Assembly: GCA_037380845.1 (NCBI GenBank)
Contig: JARRRI010000013.1
Location: forward strand, 10,315 to 74,314
DNA length: 64,000 nucleotides
Direction of reading: 5' to 3'
Source: Candidatus Sulfobium sp.
GTDB taxonomy: Bacteria; Nitrospirota; Thermodesulfovibrionia; Thermodesulfovibrionales; UBA6898
The notes under the pieces were generated by a model. That model was not told the origin of the DNA, did no database searches, and saw nothing but the letters and a program-made list of their open reading frames with translations. Of the stretch, positions 63,983 to 64,000 are shown piece by piece. Positions within the stretch are counted from its first letter, which is position 1, and each line of letters begins with the position of its first letter. Both the position numbers and the translations under genes were made by a program.

Positions 63983-64000
63983 AATTTGATCGTCAGCAGA

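Overview
A 64-kb chromosomal segment from a bacterium of moderately high GC. Gene content and order suggest an anaerobic Nitrospirota or deltaproteobacteria-like organism; this is inference only. Housekeeping genes include mnmG, gdhA-pepN, amtB-glnK, pilB-pilT-pilC-pilS-pilR, panC, ispG, mltG, CIRCE-groES-groEL, tRNA-Pro and tRNA-Ala. The main hidden signal is UGA recoding that the ORF track misses. Three genes read through an in-frame TGA at a catalytic Cys position, each followed by a SECIS-like hairpin: (i) a DsrE-family sulfur-relay protein (UxxC) in an ArsR-DsrE(Sec)-DsrF-DsrH-SQR operon with a perfect 12-2-12 operator, (ii) a formate dehydrogenase alpha subunit in a NuoE/NuoF-linked, possibly electron-bifurcating complex, and (iii) a lipoprotein rhodanese (CxU). 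Other notable items are an IS4-like MITE with an 11-bp target duplication carrying a REP-like palindrome, a heptamer-repeat palindrome inserted in frame in fdhA, a NosL-like/Met-rich porin fusion, an uncharacterised TPP-enzyme plus GT-A-like gene pair, a TPR gene with a six-repeat higher-order duplication, a deleted and frameshifted pilR, and a gene broken by a 47-bp tandem duplication. All calls come from reading the sequence; no database searches were run.
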